Shown in pieces: positions 1 to 8,831 of a stretch of 64,000 bases of DNA. Position 1 is the first letter of the stretch; the number at the start of each line of letters is the position of its first letter. This stretch comes from Oligoflexales bacterium (GTDB lineage Bacteria; Bdellovibrionota_B; Oligoflexia; Oligoflexales; JAPPIL01): positions 562,167-626,166 of the forward strand of contig OZ245333.1 in the NCBI GenBank assembly GCA_965226195.1. Direction: 5' to 3'. The notes under the pieces were generated by a model. It was not told the DNA's origin, did not search any database, and saw only the letters and a list, made by a program, of their open reading frames with translations. The position numbers and the translations under genes were made by a program.

Positions 1-261
1 CAAGCCTTCTGCTTCGTTAGTAATGAAATCCCTGTAAGCTTCTTGCTCCCAATCACCGCACGACAGCAAATTGGCACACGTTGCCACAACCATTGCCGTC
101 GTCAAAACTCTCTGTCCCAGCTTGCTGGTTTTGCTCGCGGCGATTATTTTGCTCACAGCCTGACTAGCGTTGCTAAAAGCACCCACGGCCGAACTATCAA
201 CCACAAACACACAGCAAAAGAACAAAGAAACAGCACACAATAAGCTAAACAACTTTCTCAC
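1..261 (-). CDS. 5' part of a secreted/lipoprotein with tandem signal peptides (runs off window start; not in ORF track)
   Basis: GTG at 261 with GAGGT RBS; open to base 1: MRKLFSLLCAVSLFFCCVFVVDSSA-VGAFSNASQAVSKIIAASKTSKLGQRVLTTAMVVATCANLLS-CGDWEQE. Confidence 0.75.
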   Translation of the reverse strand, partial: MRKLFSLLCAVSLFFCCVFVVDSSAVGAFSNASQAVSKIIAASKTSKLGQRVLTTAMVVATCANLLSCGDWEQEAYRDFITNEAEGL

Positions 262-370
262 TCAAACCTCTTCGACTTAGCTATGTTTTAGCACATGCAT
301 GTCTTCGTAACAGATATGTCCAAAATGTCAACACGCCACAGCACTTCTTTGTATACGAGGAGGCGTTCCC

Positions 371-743
371 GGCTTTGTTGCATAAGTTCCGTTGATTATA
401 ACATGCTGTTATCATAGCATTTTTATGTGGGGATCGTTCCCCTCCCCGCTTTGCGCGGCTCTTTGCCAAAGGCGTGCCCGAAGGCACGCCTAGCTCCACA
501 CCCCTGCGTGTTCGCAGACTTCTCGTTTGGGTCAGGTGCAATCATCCTGCTGCACCATGTCTCATGCTGAAGCATTCGCGTGAAATGGTTTGCGGGTCTG
601 CTTGCACCTGACCATTGTCAACTTCTGTGGACACTATGGGCCTGTGCGTGGTGCAGGCATTACCTTTGCAACACCTATAAAATTCTTACTGCTAAAGGGT
701 TATAGGATATAAACATGCCTGCCCTGAGTTATGCAACAAAGCC
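371..743. mobile_element. MITE with IS903-like (IS5 family) terminal inverted repeats
   Basis: Perfect 15-bp TIRs GGCTTTGTTGCATAA (371-385, 729-743), similar to IS903 IR GGCTTTGTTGAATAA; 9-bp TSD GGCGTTCCC (362-370, 744-752); 436-743 recurs inverted at 58262-58570; no transposase. Confidence 0.9.
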
Positions 744-878
744 GGCGTTCCCCTCCAAAGGCATGCCTTCCTCCTCCCCCTTCTGTTCAAGAATTATTAT
801 TTGGGGCGGGGCGGTCATACGGAGGAGCGCTTACCCAAACAGCCACGGTGCGAAATCTGCACTCAATCCACAATTATC

Positions 879-1289
879 CATGACATCAGAGAGCTACATA
901 ACTTCTTTGCCCATACCCAAACACATACTCAGACAAAAATATCTCGAAAATCGCCTCTCAATGCGGGCTATTGCCAATGAGTTTTCGTGCTCAAAGGCAT
1001 ACGTCAGAAGTCTGATGCCTTAGATACAAAATCCCCCTGAAAAAGCAGCCAGAATGCTACAGACACCTACGGCAAGCGTCGGAGCGGCGGCAAGACCTTT
1101 ACACTACCAGAGCAGAGAACCATCGCTGCCCGCAAAGAAGATGTATGCTGAAGGGACGAGCCCCGCGGTAATCTCTAGGTGCTTGGACACCATGAAGATC
1201 CCCACTAATCAGCGGGGAAGGGCTGGCATCATCACACGATTGCGCAAATTCTCAGGCAAGAGGAGTATGTTGCAGAAAATATAAACTGA
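879..1289 (+). pseudogene. degraded small recombinase-domain/HTH protein
   Basis: Fragments across frames: QKYLENRLSMRAIANEFSCSKAYVRSL (HTH-like) and LDTMKIPTNQRG/KGWHHHTIAQIL (PTxxGxxW..IL recombinase-domain motif); stops and frameshifts. Confidence 0.55.
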
Positions 1290-1344
1290 GGAGGGGACAG
1301 CATTGTCAGACTGATCATAAAGGTACAAACAAGAATCCAGTGCT

Positions 1345-1542
1345 GTGAAGGATGTGATTAAAAACAACGGCAGCAAAAAGTATTTGCAGCTCGATGCCTT
1401 AGACAAAAAACATGCAGAAGCCGGGAAAAAAATGACCACCTGTTGCATAGACACCGAACACGGTATCGTTACCGGCAACGCTCTCGTGGCAGTGGATGGG
1501 TTAGTTATCTACCAGATGACCGATTTCGCTCTCCAGGTTTGA
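1345..1542 (+). pseudogene. possible C-terminal remnant of a FabA-like dehydratase domain
   Basis: GNALVAVDGLVIYQMTDFAL resembles the FabA/PfaC DH C-terminal strand (DG..IY...D); rest of the gene absent. Confidence 0.3.
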
Positions 1543-1634
1543 AGAAGATCTGTCCTTTTAATTTACCTTGTTTCACGTTTCTGCAATTGCTGCGTTTTGG
1601 TCTGAATCACTGATTCCAAGGCCAAGGAAGTCTG

Positions 1635-2270
1635 CTAGCTAATTAATTGAAAAATTTCGATGTTTTCTCCGCGATCGAGTAGCAGCTCAACTGTCTCTGT
1701 CTTTTTCCACAACGCGGCAATCATCAGAGGAGTCAGTCCATCATAGTCTCTAGCCTCAATGTTTGCGCCAAATTCGAGTAGCATTTCAACTGTCTCTGTA
1801 TTTCCCTCCTTCGCGGCAGTGTGTAATTCAGCATTCAGTGTATTTGTCGGAGTATGATCTTCCGTAGCGGTAGGAGCTGCCTTGATACGGAAACCTTCGC
1901 CATGCTTAGCTCCTGCCTGTTGCAGCAGTGCAATTGTCTCCTGCTTAGCAAATGCGGTCGCTTCATCGAGTGGGGTGTTGCCGTATTCGTCGGCAATGTT
2001 TACTTCAGCACCGTGTGTGAGCAGATACTCTACCAGCTTAGGCGACCCCTCAACGACAGCATCATGCAACACCGTATATCCTCCGGCCCAAAGGACAGAA
2101 TTTACCTGCAGTCCATGTTCAGCAAGAACCGTAGCCAAAACTTTTGCATCCCCCGCCCGGATAGCCTTACTGACAGCCATGCGGATCTTTGCTGCGGGCA
2201 ACTTGAGAGTCGTTGCTAGCAGGGGAAATGTTAGCAGGCAGGTCAATACCAATGATAGTTTTATAAACAT
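1635..2270 (-). CDS. secreted ankyrin-repeat protein (last repeat truncated)
   Basis: Signal peptide; GYTVLHDAV, GNTPLDEA, ELHTAAKEG, GLTPLMIAA repeats. Confidence 0.9.
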   Translation of the reverse strand: MFIKLSLVLTCLLTFPLLATTLKLPAAKIRMAVSKAIRAGDAKVLATVLAEHGLQVNSVLWAGGYTVLHDAVVEGSPKLVEYLLTHGAEVNIADEYGNTPLDEATAFAKQETIALLQQAGAKHGEGFRIKAAPTATEDHTPTNTLNAELHTAAKEGNTETVEMLLEFGANIEARDYDGLTPLMIAALWKKTETVELLLDRGENIEIFQLIS

Positions 2271-2594
2271 TTTCTGATAAAAATTAAGTAATTACCCATA
2301 ATGATCGTAAGTATATCAATAGAAACAATATAAAATCAAGTAAATAATCGAGAGTCCCTCTTTACCTTACGAGGAGAACAGCGACCAAAGGGCTAAATCT
2401 GAGCTTATTCCATAAATATCAATAAGATAAGTCACTTACATTGCCTCTCAGCCCATCTCTGCAAGCGTGCTCAGACAAAAATAGCTAACTGCTTGATATT
2501 ACTACTTGATGCTGAAGGAGACTAAAAAGCAATCAGAGGGGTGCCGGCTATTTTTACCAATGTCTACAACAACCATCTTTATAGGAGGATTTCT

Positions 2595-2690
2595 ATGCAG
2601 AAGGGAATGGTGATGTGCTTGGTTTTGAGCGGCATTATTGCCTCCATCTATGCAGTGATACGCAAGCTGTTACGCACAAATAGGCAGTGA
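2595..2690 (+). CDS. 31-aa hydrophobic small protein
   Basis: AGGAGG RBS; MQKGMVMCLVLSGIIASIYAVIRKLLRTNRQ: one TM segment plus basic tail. Confidence 0.45.
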   Translation: MQKGMVMCLVLSGIIASIYAVIRKLLRTNRQ

Positions 2691-2750
2691 TGTGGGGTGA
2701 GGTTGGACGATTAGGCTGCCAGCTTTAGCCGGTACCGCGCGAGGATGTAT

Positions 2751-2784
2751 GGAGCTAGGAAGCGGCAAAAGGCTCGCGGAGCGA
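2751..2784 (+). repeat. REP-like AAGCGGCA core, single copy
   Basis: GGAGCTAGGAAGCGGCAAAAGG followed by TCGC-GGA-GCGA hairpin. Confidence 0.7.
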
Positions 2785-2937
2785 CCCATCCCTTCAGATT
2801 GTTATACTAAATTCGTGAGTTTAAAAAAAACGGCAGGCATACCATGGCCATCAAAAGCTAACAAAAAGTAGTGAGCATTCATTCAGCCATCTGCGCCCGC
2901 AGATGACAAAACAGCTCGCTTTCTCGCTCCATACTAA

Positions 2938-3009
2938 CTGGGGTAGCAGGATTCGAACCTGCGCATGCTGGGATCAAAACCCAGTGCCTTACCACTTGGC
3001 TATACCCCA
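2938..3009 (-). tRNA. tRNA-Gln (TTG), CCA not encoded
   Basis: TGGGGTATAGCCAAGTGGTAAGGCA-CTGGG TTTTGAT CCCAG-..GGTTCGAATCC..TACCCCAG cloverleaf. Confidence 0.97.
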
Positions 3010-3294
3010 CTAGATACTCTCGCTACGTTTAGCGACCTCTGCGTATTTAAGTTGCAAGTCGGAGAGCAGTTCGTTGAGTTGGTGTTCCTCCTCGTCGCTG
3101 AGATTGTCACAGGTCTTATCTTTGAGCATAGTGAGTATGGCAATGTTATACCGTGCTGTCGGCAAATCGAGCTCGCCTCCCTTACCGCTACCAGACACCT
3201 CCCCTAAGCAACGCAATGCAAGAGAGCAAACACTCAACACAAACTGAGAAAATTCCACCTCCGTTTCGTGCGTTGTGTCCTCCTTTTGCATCAT
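3010..3294 (-). CDS. DUF1844 family protein
   Basis: F..FVLS..SLA..LG..DLPTARYNIAILTMLKDKT..NLS.EE...L..LL.DLQL.Y pattern. Confidence 0.8.
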   Translation of the reverse strand: MMQKEDTTHETEVEFSQFVLSVCSLALRCLGEVSGSGKGGELDLPTARYNIAILTMLKDKTCDNLSDEEEHQLNELLSDLQLKYAEVAKRSESI

Positions 3295-3346
3295 CGCCTC
3301 AATACAGGTAACATGGACGTGTGTGATATTATTGCCACGAGTGAAA

Positions 3347-4087
3347 ATGAGTCAACCCCAATCAGACCCAATGCGCGGTGTTATTGAGTTTTTCCCCCAG
3401 CGAGGTAGTGCCTCGCTGACCGTCAAACTAAAACATCCGCTGACCATCATCGGGCGTGAGAAGGCAGATGTCATCATCGATGACACCGAAGTCTCAGCCA
3501 GTCACTGCCAAATCCAAGACATCGAAGGCACGTATTTCATCTTCGACATGAACTCCACCAACGGCACACATCTCAATGACAACAAAGTCGTCAAAGCCCC
3601 CCTCACCCCTCAGGACGTAATCCGCATCGGCAAGACGAAGCTCCGCTTCCTGCTCGTCGATGCTCACAAAGCATCGTCAATACCACTCTTCGATAAGTAT
3701 CAAGTGCGACGCAAAGCTGGACAACGCACCATGCTCGAAACCATGCTAGCAGAGAACCGCCGTACCTACCTCCTGAAGATAAAAGCCACCTACCCCGATC
3801 ACAGTAGCGAGATGCTAAGCCTTGATCGCGAGGAAACATGGCTTGGACGCGACAGCGTCATCGGCAACTTCAACAGCGACCCTACCATCTCCGCTCGTCA
3901 TCTGCTCATCAAAATTAACAGTAGCGGTGAAGTCTTTGTCAAAGATCACAACTCACACGTTGGCACTTTCGTCAACGACAAAAAAATCAACGGCCTGCAC
4001 AAGGTTACTGTCAACGACCGCATCCGCATCGGTGCAACCATCCTACAACTGCAAGACAACCGCGACCAAAATAAACCCCGCAGCTAG
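3347..4087 (+). CDS. tandem FHA-domain protein
   Basis: Two FHA motifs: IIGR..VSASHC..STNGT and LGR..ISARH..SHVGT; start chosen at ATG 3347. Confidence 0.9.
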   Translation: MSQPQSDPMRGVIEFFPQRGSASLTVKLKHPLTIIGREKADVIIDDTEVSASHCQIQDIEGTYFIFDMNSTNGTHLNDNKVVKAPLTPQDVIRIGKTKLRFLLVDAHKASSIPLFDKYQVRRKAGQRTMLETMLAENRRTYLLKIKATYPDHSSEMLSLDREETWLGRDSVIGNFNSDPTISARHLLIKINSSGEVFVKDHNSHVGTFVNDKKINGLHKVTVNDRIRIGATILQLQDNRDQNKPRS

Positions 4088-4452
4088 CTCGCTGCGACAC
4101 CTGCGACAGCTGCGACAGCTTGCACCTTGTTAGGATAAATTTCAAGAATTCTCTTGAAACCAGAGATTTCAAAGACATGCGAGACATTGCTCTGCAGCGC
4201 AAAGAAGCCCAGCCTCTTCCCCTTCGCAGGAGCTTGCTTGGCAAACTGCAACACCGCTCGCAGACCTGCACTGCTGATAAAGTCCAAGCCCGAACAATCA
4301 AACAACACGCTCTTCTCCTCCCGCGGCAGCAAGTCCTCCAATTGCGACTGAAAGTCAACGCTCTCAGCGTAGCTGACTCGCCCGTTGAGATGCACAAACA
4401 GGCACTCGCCCTCGTTGGAGATTTTTATGGTAAGTCCGCCTTCTTGACTCAT
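4084..4452 (-). CDS. STAS-domain anti-sigma factor antagonist
   Basis: FDCSGLDFISSAGLRAVL; VFEISGF. Confidence 0.9.
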   Translation of the reverse strand: MSQEGGLTIKISNEGECLFVHLNGRVSYAESVDFQSQLEDLLPREEKSVLFDCSGLDFISSAGLRAVLQFAKQAPAKGKRLGFFALQSNVSHVFEISGFKRILEIYPNKVQAVAAVAGVAAS

Positions 4453-4549
4453 TAGGTCGATCTCCCCTATCGGTTCTACCTCGCCCCCACACAGAGGCCA
4501 CAATGCCGTAGCATAGCACAAAAAAAATATTCGTGAAATTAAAAAACGC

Positions 4550-6106
4550 TCAGCTACTTCTCTTCTCCAATCCGTACTTCTCCACCTTCATAATCAACCC
4601 CGCCCGACTGATGCCAAGTTCACGTGCCAAGCGAGACTTGTTCCAACGGGTGCGTTCCAATCCATCCTCAATCATGCGTCGCTCCAGTTCCTCCAGCGCA
4701 TCCTTGAGTTTGCCATGCACACGATAATCACTGAATTTATCTGGCAGAGCATCCTTGATACGCGGCGAAAGGAAAGCCGAAGCAATCTCGTTATCTCGCC
4801 CCGACAAGACGCACACGCGCTCGATCTCGTTCTCCAATTCCCGCACATTGCCCGGCCAGTTGTGGTTGAGCAACTTTTCCATGCAACCTTTAGCGACAAC
4901 CTTGACCTCTTCCTTCGCTTTGCGCGCATTGCGCTGCAAGAAATGATCGATCAACAGCGGAATATCCTCCCGCCGATCACGCAACGCAGGCACGGTGACG
5001 TTGATGACGTTGAGACGATAGTAGAGATCTTCTCGGAACTCATCCTTGCGCACCATCGCCACTAAATCCTTGTTAGTCGCGGCCAGAATTCTGACGTTGC
5101 TGTGCTTCTGCTGTGTGCTGCCCACTGGCGTATATGTGCCATCCTGCAACACCCGTAACATCTTGACCTGCATCGCCACCGAAGTATCCCCGATCTCATC
5201 GAGAAACAACGTGCCCTGATCCGCCTCCTCGAACATGCCTTTGCGATCTTTCACTGCGCCTGTAAACGCTCCCTTGACATGCCCGAACAACTCCGATTCG
5301 AGCAAGTTTTCGTTGAACGCTCCGCAGTTGACTACCACAAAACTGTTGTTCCGCCGCGCCGAATTGTAGTGAATAGCACGCGCGATCAACTCCTTGCCCG
5401 TGCCGTTCTCACCCTGAACCAAGATCGTCGCATCGGATTCGCAAACCAGCTCCAACACCTGATACAAGTCCTGCATCGGGGCAGATTTTCCGACCATGCG
5501 ATCGAAATTGTAACGCTGTTCTAACTCCTTGTGCAGACGCTCCACCTTCTGCTTCTCCATTGAAAGATCCCGCTCCACCAATAAAATCTCGGCAACTACC
5601 AGATTGATCAGCTCCGTAAGATACTGTAACTCTTTTTTGCTAAGAACTGTCAGAGAATCAATATGTTTCTGATGCTCCGCCGCCTCATCGGGAAAATTCA
5701 CCCGTAAATACGCGGCAATTGCCTCCCGCTGTTCCGCCACCGAACTCTCATGAATGAAGCCGTCGGCAAACACACAACCCATGTATTTTTTGCCAATGCG
5801 AATAGGTACTGACAAAGCCGAAAAGCCAGCATGACAGCGGGAAATCTTTGCCGTCTTGCTGTTCGTCGTTTCCACCGTCGTCTGCTGTGCTGTGCCCCGA
5901 CACCCCTGAAAACCCTTATCATTCTGAGTGATAGCCTTGCAAATCATGTTGGTAGGATTGAAAAATTTCCCCTCTGGCACGCCTCTTATCAAGCCCTTAT
6001 CGTCGGTGAAATTGATCTGAATGTTCCACCAACGACTGACTAAATCACGCAGTCGCTGAATAACGAGAATTTTATCAAACTCTTCCCAACGCACGCTTTT
6101 CGACAT
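4550..6106 (-). CDS. sigma-54-dependent Fis-family activator with PocR-like sensory domain
   Basis: GENGTGKE, GAFTGA, LFLDEIG, WPGNVREL, C-terminal HTH; N-terminal Cys-containing CHAG PocR-like region. Confidence 0.93.
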   Translation of the reverse strand: MSKSVRWEEFDKILVIQRLRDLVSRWWNIQINFTDDKGLIRGVPEGKFFNPTNMICKAITQNDKGFQGCRGTAQQTTVETTNSKTAKISRCHAGFSALSVPIRIGKKYMGCVFADGFIHESSVAEQREAIAAYLRVNFPDEAAEHQKHIDSLTVLSKKELQYLTELINLVVAEILLVERDLSMEKQKVERLHKELEQRYNFDRMVGKSAPMQDLYQVLELVCESDATILVQGENGTGKELIARAIHYNSARRNNSFVVVNCGAFNENLLESELFGHVKGAFTGAVKDRKGMFEEADQGTLFLDEIGDTSVAMQVKMLRVLQDGTYTPVGSTQQKHSNVRILAATNKDLVAMVRKDEFREDLYYRLNVINVTVPALRDRREDIPLLIDHFLQRNARKAKEEVKVVAKGCMEKLLNHNWPGNVRELENEIERVCVLSGRDNEIASAFLSPRIKDALPDKFSDYRVHGKLKDALEELERRMIEDGLERTRWNKSRLARELGISRAGLIMKVEKYGLEKRSS

Positions 6107-6177
6107 GGACTTCTCCCCGAGCTCAAGCGATAATTGAAACACTCAGTTCCATATTCGGCAGAAGTCACGATTTTATT

Positions 6178-7602
6178 ATGTTTTTTTTCCTGCTCCCCCT
6201 GCTAATCTGCACTAGTGCCCTTGCTGCCCCTTCACCACAACGCTGGCTGGCCTTCGGCGACCTGCACGGCCACGTCGAATCCTGCGGCTGCGACCCGCGC
6301 ACCGATCTCGGTGGTTTGAACCGCCTGCACTACTTTCTGCAGCTTGAAAAAAAAGCAAATAGCCCCTTTTTACTCTTTAATCTCGGCAACAACCTCAACC
6401 ACCCCCCACACCACCTCAAAGACAGCACCATCGTGCAATTCATCGCCCAGTTGCGCCCCACCGCCGCCCTGCTCAATAGGCACGAACTCACCCGCCTCGA
6501 CCTGATTAGGCGGCAGGGAGCTAGGAAGCGGCAGGGAGCTAGGAAGCGGCAGGGAGCTAGGAAGCGGCAGGGAGCTAGGAAGCGGCAGGGAATCAACGAA
6601 GCTCGCACCCACTGGCTGCTCAGCAACCACAAGGCAAGCAAACAATGGTGGCACAAGGTTATCACCACCCCCGACGCAGTAGTGCTCGGCTATACCTACA
6701 CACCAGCACTGGCGAAGGATGTGCAGCGTTTCGACCCGAACATGGCCAGCGCATGGCAAAAAATTCTCCGTAAGCAGCACACCAAACACAGCTATCTGCT
6801 GTTCTCTGGCTCGCAGCAAGACTTGCAGGCTATCGTGCGGACGGTGAGTTTTGGCACGATCATCGCTGCCAACACAAGCCCCGACGACGCACCCATCACC
6901 CATCAAGAAAAGCTTCAACCACAACGCCTCGTACTCAGCGTTGGCACCAGGCAGATACACATGACTCCGCTTGCGGGGCAGGGCGTGCTGCGAGGCGGGG
7001 CAATGTTGACCAATGCAGTTGAGGCTGATTTTGGTAAAATTTTTGGTAAAGATAAGAAAAATTTCACCAAAAATAACCAAGACACGTCGCAATCACTGGC
7101 AAAATTTTTCCGTGTCACACAGGTTTCGTGGCTCGATCGTGCCTATGCCGACGAGAGTGCGGCGTTTTGGCAAGCCTATCAGCGGGCGGTACAGAAAGAC
7201 TTCGCCGCAAAGGAAGCAAGGGGACGCAAGTTGCTGGCCAAGACCAACTTTATCGGGGCGGCGGCGTGTCTAGGTTGTCATCAGAAACAGTATCAGGTGT
7301 GGAAAAACTCCCCCCATGCCAACGCCATGCTGACCTTGCAAAACAAAAAGAAAGCACAGGACAGCGAGTGTGTTGCTTGTCACAGTGTCGGCTTCGATGC
7401 GGGTGGCTATGTGTCGCTGCGTCTCAGTCCCCACCTTGCGGGGGTGCAGTGCGAGAACTGTCATGGGACACGCAAGGCACATATCCTTGACCCCAAACGC
7501 AACGCAGGAGCAAAGACCACCTTCACCTGCCGCAAATGCCACCATCCTCCGCACACAGCAGAATTCGATCAAGATGCCTACTGGCAAAAAATCAAGCACT
7601 GA
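6178..7602 (+). CDS. secreted tetraheme c554-type cytochrome with N-terminal UshA/metallophosphatase-like domain
   Basis: Signal peptide; GDLHGHVESCGC; 4 CxxCH (CLGCH, CVACH, CENCH, CRKCH). Confidence 0.85.
   Translation: MFFFLLPLLICTSALAAPSPQRWLAFGDLHGHVESCGCDPRTDLGGLNRLHYFLQLEKKANSPFLLFNLGNNLNHPPHHLKDSTIVQFIAQLRPTAALLNRHELTRLDLIRRQGARKRQGARKRQGARKRQGARKRQGINEARTHWLLSNHKASKQWWHKVITTPDAVVLGYTYTPALAKDVQRFDPNMASAWQKILRKQHTKHSYLLFSGSQQDLQAIVRTVSFGTIIAANTSPDDAPITHQEKLQPQRLVLSVGTRQIHMTPLAGQGVLRGGAMLTNAVEADFGKIFGKDKKNFTKNNQDTSQSLAKFFRVTQVSWLDRAYADESAAFWQAYQRAVQKDFAAKEARGRKLLAKTNFIGAAACLGCHQKQYQVWKNSPHANAMLTLQNKKKAQDSECVACHSVGFDAGGYVSLRLSPHLAGVQCENCHGTRKAHILDPKRNAGAKTTFTCRKCHHPPHTAEFDQDAYWQKIKH
6510..6591 (+). 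repeat. in-frame 18-bp tandem array (x4.5)
   Basis: GCGGCAGGGAGCTAGGAA repeated; encodes (RQGARK)n. Confidence 0.95.
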
Positions 7603-7651
7603 AGGGTGCAAGCGAAACCGAAATCTCGTTTTATCCCACTTAACACTCAGT

Positions 7652-8031
7652 TTATCTCTGCACGCCCGCCTCAATGAGTACTTCTGCTATTTCTGTGTGT
7701 CCGCGTGATTCGGCAATGGACAACGCGGTTTGATTGTCCTTGTTCCGAACGTTGAGGTTAGCACCTGCATCGCTAAGGAGTCTGGCTATTTTTGTATGTC
7801 TATGCCAAGCAGCCTCCATCAACGCCGTATAGCCGTAGGTGTTACGCACGTTGATATCAGCACCCTCCTTAATTAGAAATTTCACCCTCTCAACACATCC
7901 CTTTTCTGTAGCTCTTAAGCTCTTAATAGTCCATCGCGATAACAATGCCGTTCCACACTGCGAGTTGCTTGCCCAGTCTCACCACACACTGCCACCACAA
8001 CCAACGCCTTCAAGAACCAATCTCTCAACAT
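7652..8031 (-). pseudogene. secreted ankyrin protein frameshifted by an 8-bp duplication
   Basis: ATG 8031 MLRDWFLKALVVVAV...GLLRA joins the ankyrin frame (TEKGCVERVKFLIKEGADINVRN) if one copy of GCTCTTAA at 7911-7926 is removed. Confidence 0.75.
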
Positions 8032-8192
8032 AGCATCCTTCCAACGAAACTAATAAATTTGCTTCCAGATGATTTCCACCGCTCTTAACACCGTCGTGTG
8101 TTTAGCGCAAGTGTGTTTGCTGTTGTTCCCTAGGGCATAAAGGGCACTTCCTCAGTAGCTCCAGTATACTCATTAGAATGCGGCGGTATCTA

Positions 8193-8648
8193 TTAAGGGG
8201 AATTATAGTTATGCTCAAGAACATCGTCCCAAGTCAGCAGTTTAACACCATCTTTATCTGTTTTGATGCCATTTATAGTAATTTTTACTCCAGTGGTGCT
8301 ATTGTCAAATTCACGACAATACATATCTATGTATAATTCAAGCCACCAATTATCGGTGCTGAATTCCACGGTACCAGTTTGCTTACTACATGAGGCTATT
8401 ACCATCTATTCAATAATAATTTCATAGCTGCCGTCATTTTCCATAAAAATAATGACATCCAATGACAGCTTCTGACCATTATCAAAATTAAGAGTGTAGA
8501 AACCGTTTTTAGAAATTGAAGAATAAAACTCACCCTTCACTCCGCCAGTCGAGTCACGCCACTCTCCACCTCCCTTGATAGCAGCATACTCTAACCCCCA
8601 CGAGGATAGCGGCCAAAGAAACAAGGTAGAGATCACGACCAATTTCAC
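8193..8648 (-). pseudogene. secreted beta-rich protein interrupted by an in-frame TAG
   Basis: GGAGG RBS plus GTG; signal peptide; two same-frame ORFs separated only by TAG at 8406-8408; resembles the 34086/38225 family. Confidence 0.65.
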
Positions 8649-8831
8649 CTTACACCTCCATACACTTAGATTCATCCAAAGATAGCTACGCTATGCCTTG
8701 CAACAAATTGAGGTAGTGCGATCAACTACTTACTGGCAAATCAAATAATAATGTTGGTGTGTCATTCGCACCGTGATAACAAAAAGTCTGGTCATTAGGG
8801 GCGGGGATACGAAGAACCTGTAGCGTGGGTT

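Noticed and set aside
281-541. 86-aa ORF repeated at 58464 as a gene family
   Set aside because: Shared sequence is the MITE interior; the ORF ends differ and there is no transposase motif.
2888-2905. CATCTGC-N4-GCAGATG palindrome also at 57612-57629
   Set aside because: Only two 7-bp-arm copies and no proper U-tract; cannot distinguish an operator from chance.
744-2937. tRNA-Gln-anchored integrative element
   Set aside because: A recombinase-domain remnant exists, but no duplicated tRNA 3' end (att) or intact integrase is seen in the window.
6268-6295. Selenocysteine in the CGC motif of the UshA-like domain
   Set aside because: Both codons are TGC, not TGA.
8406-8408. Stop-codon reassignment (TAG readthrough)
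   Set aside because: TAG is used as a normal stop in conserved genes here (e.g. atpD, atpC), so a nonsense mutation is simpler.
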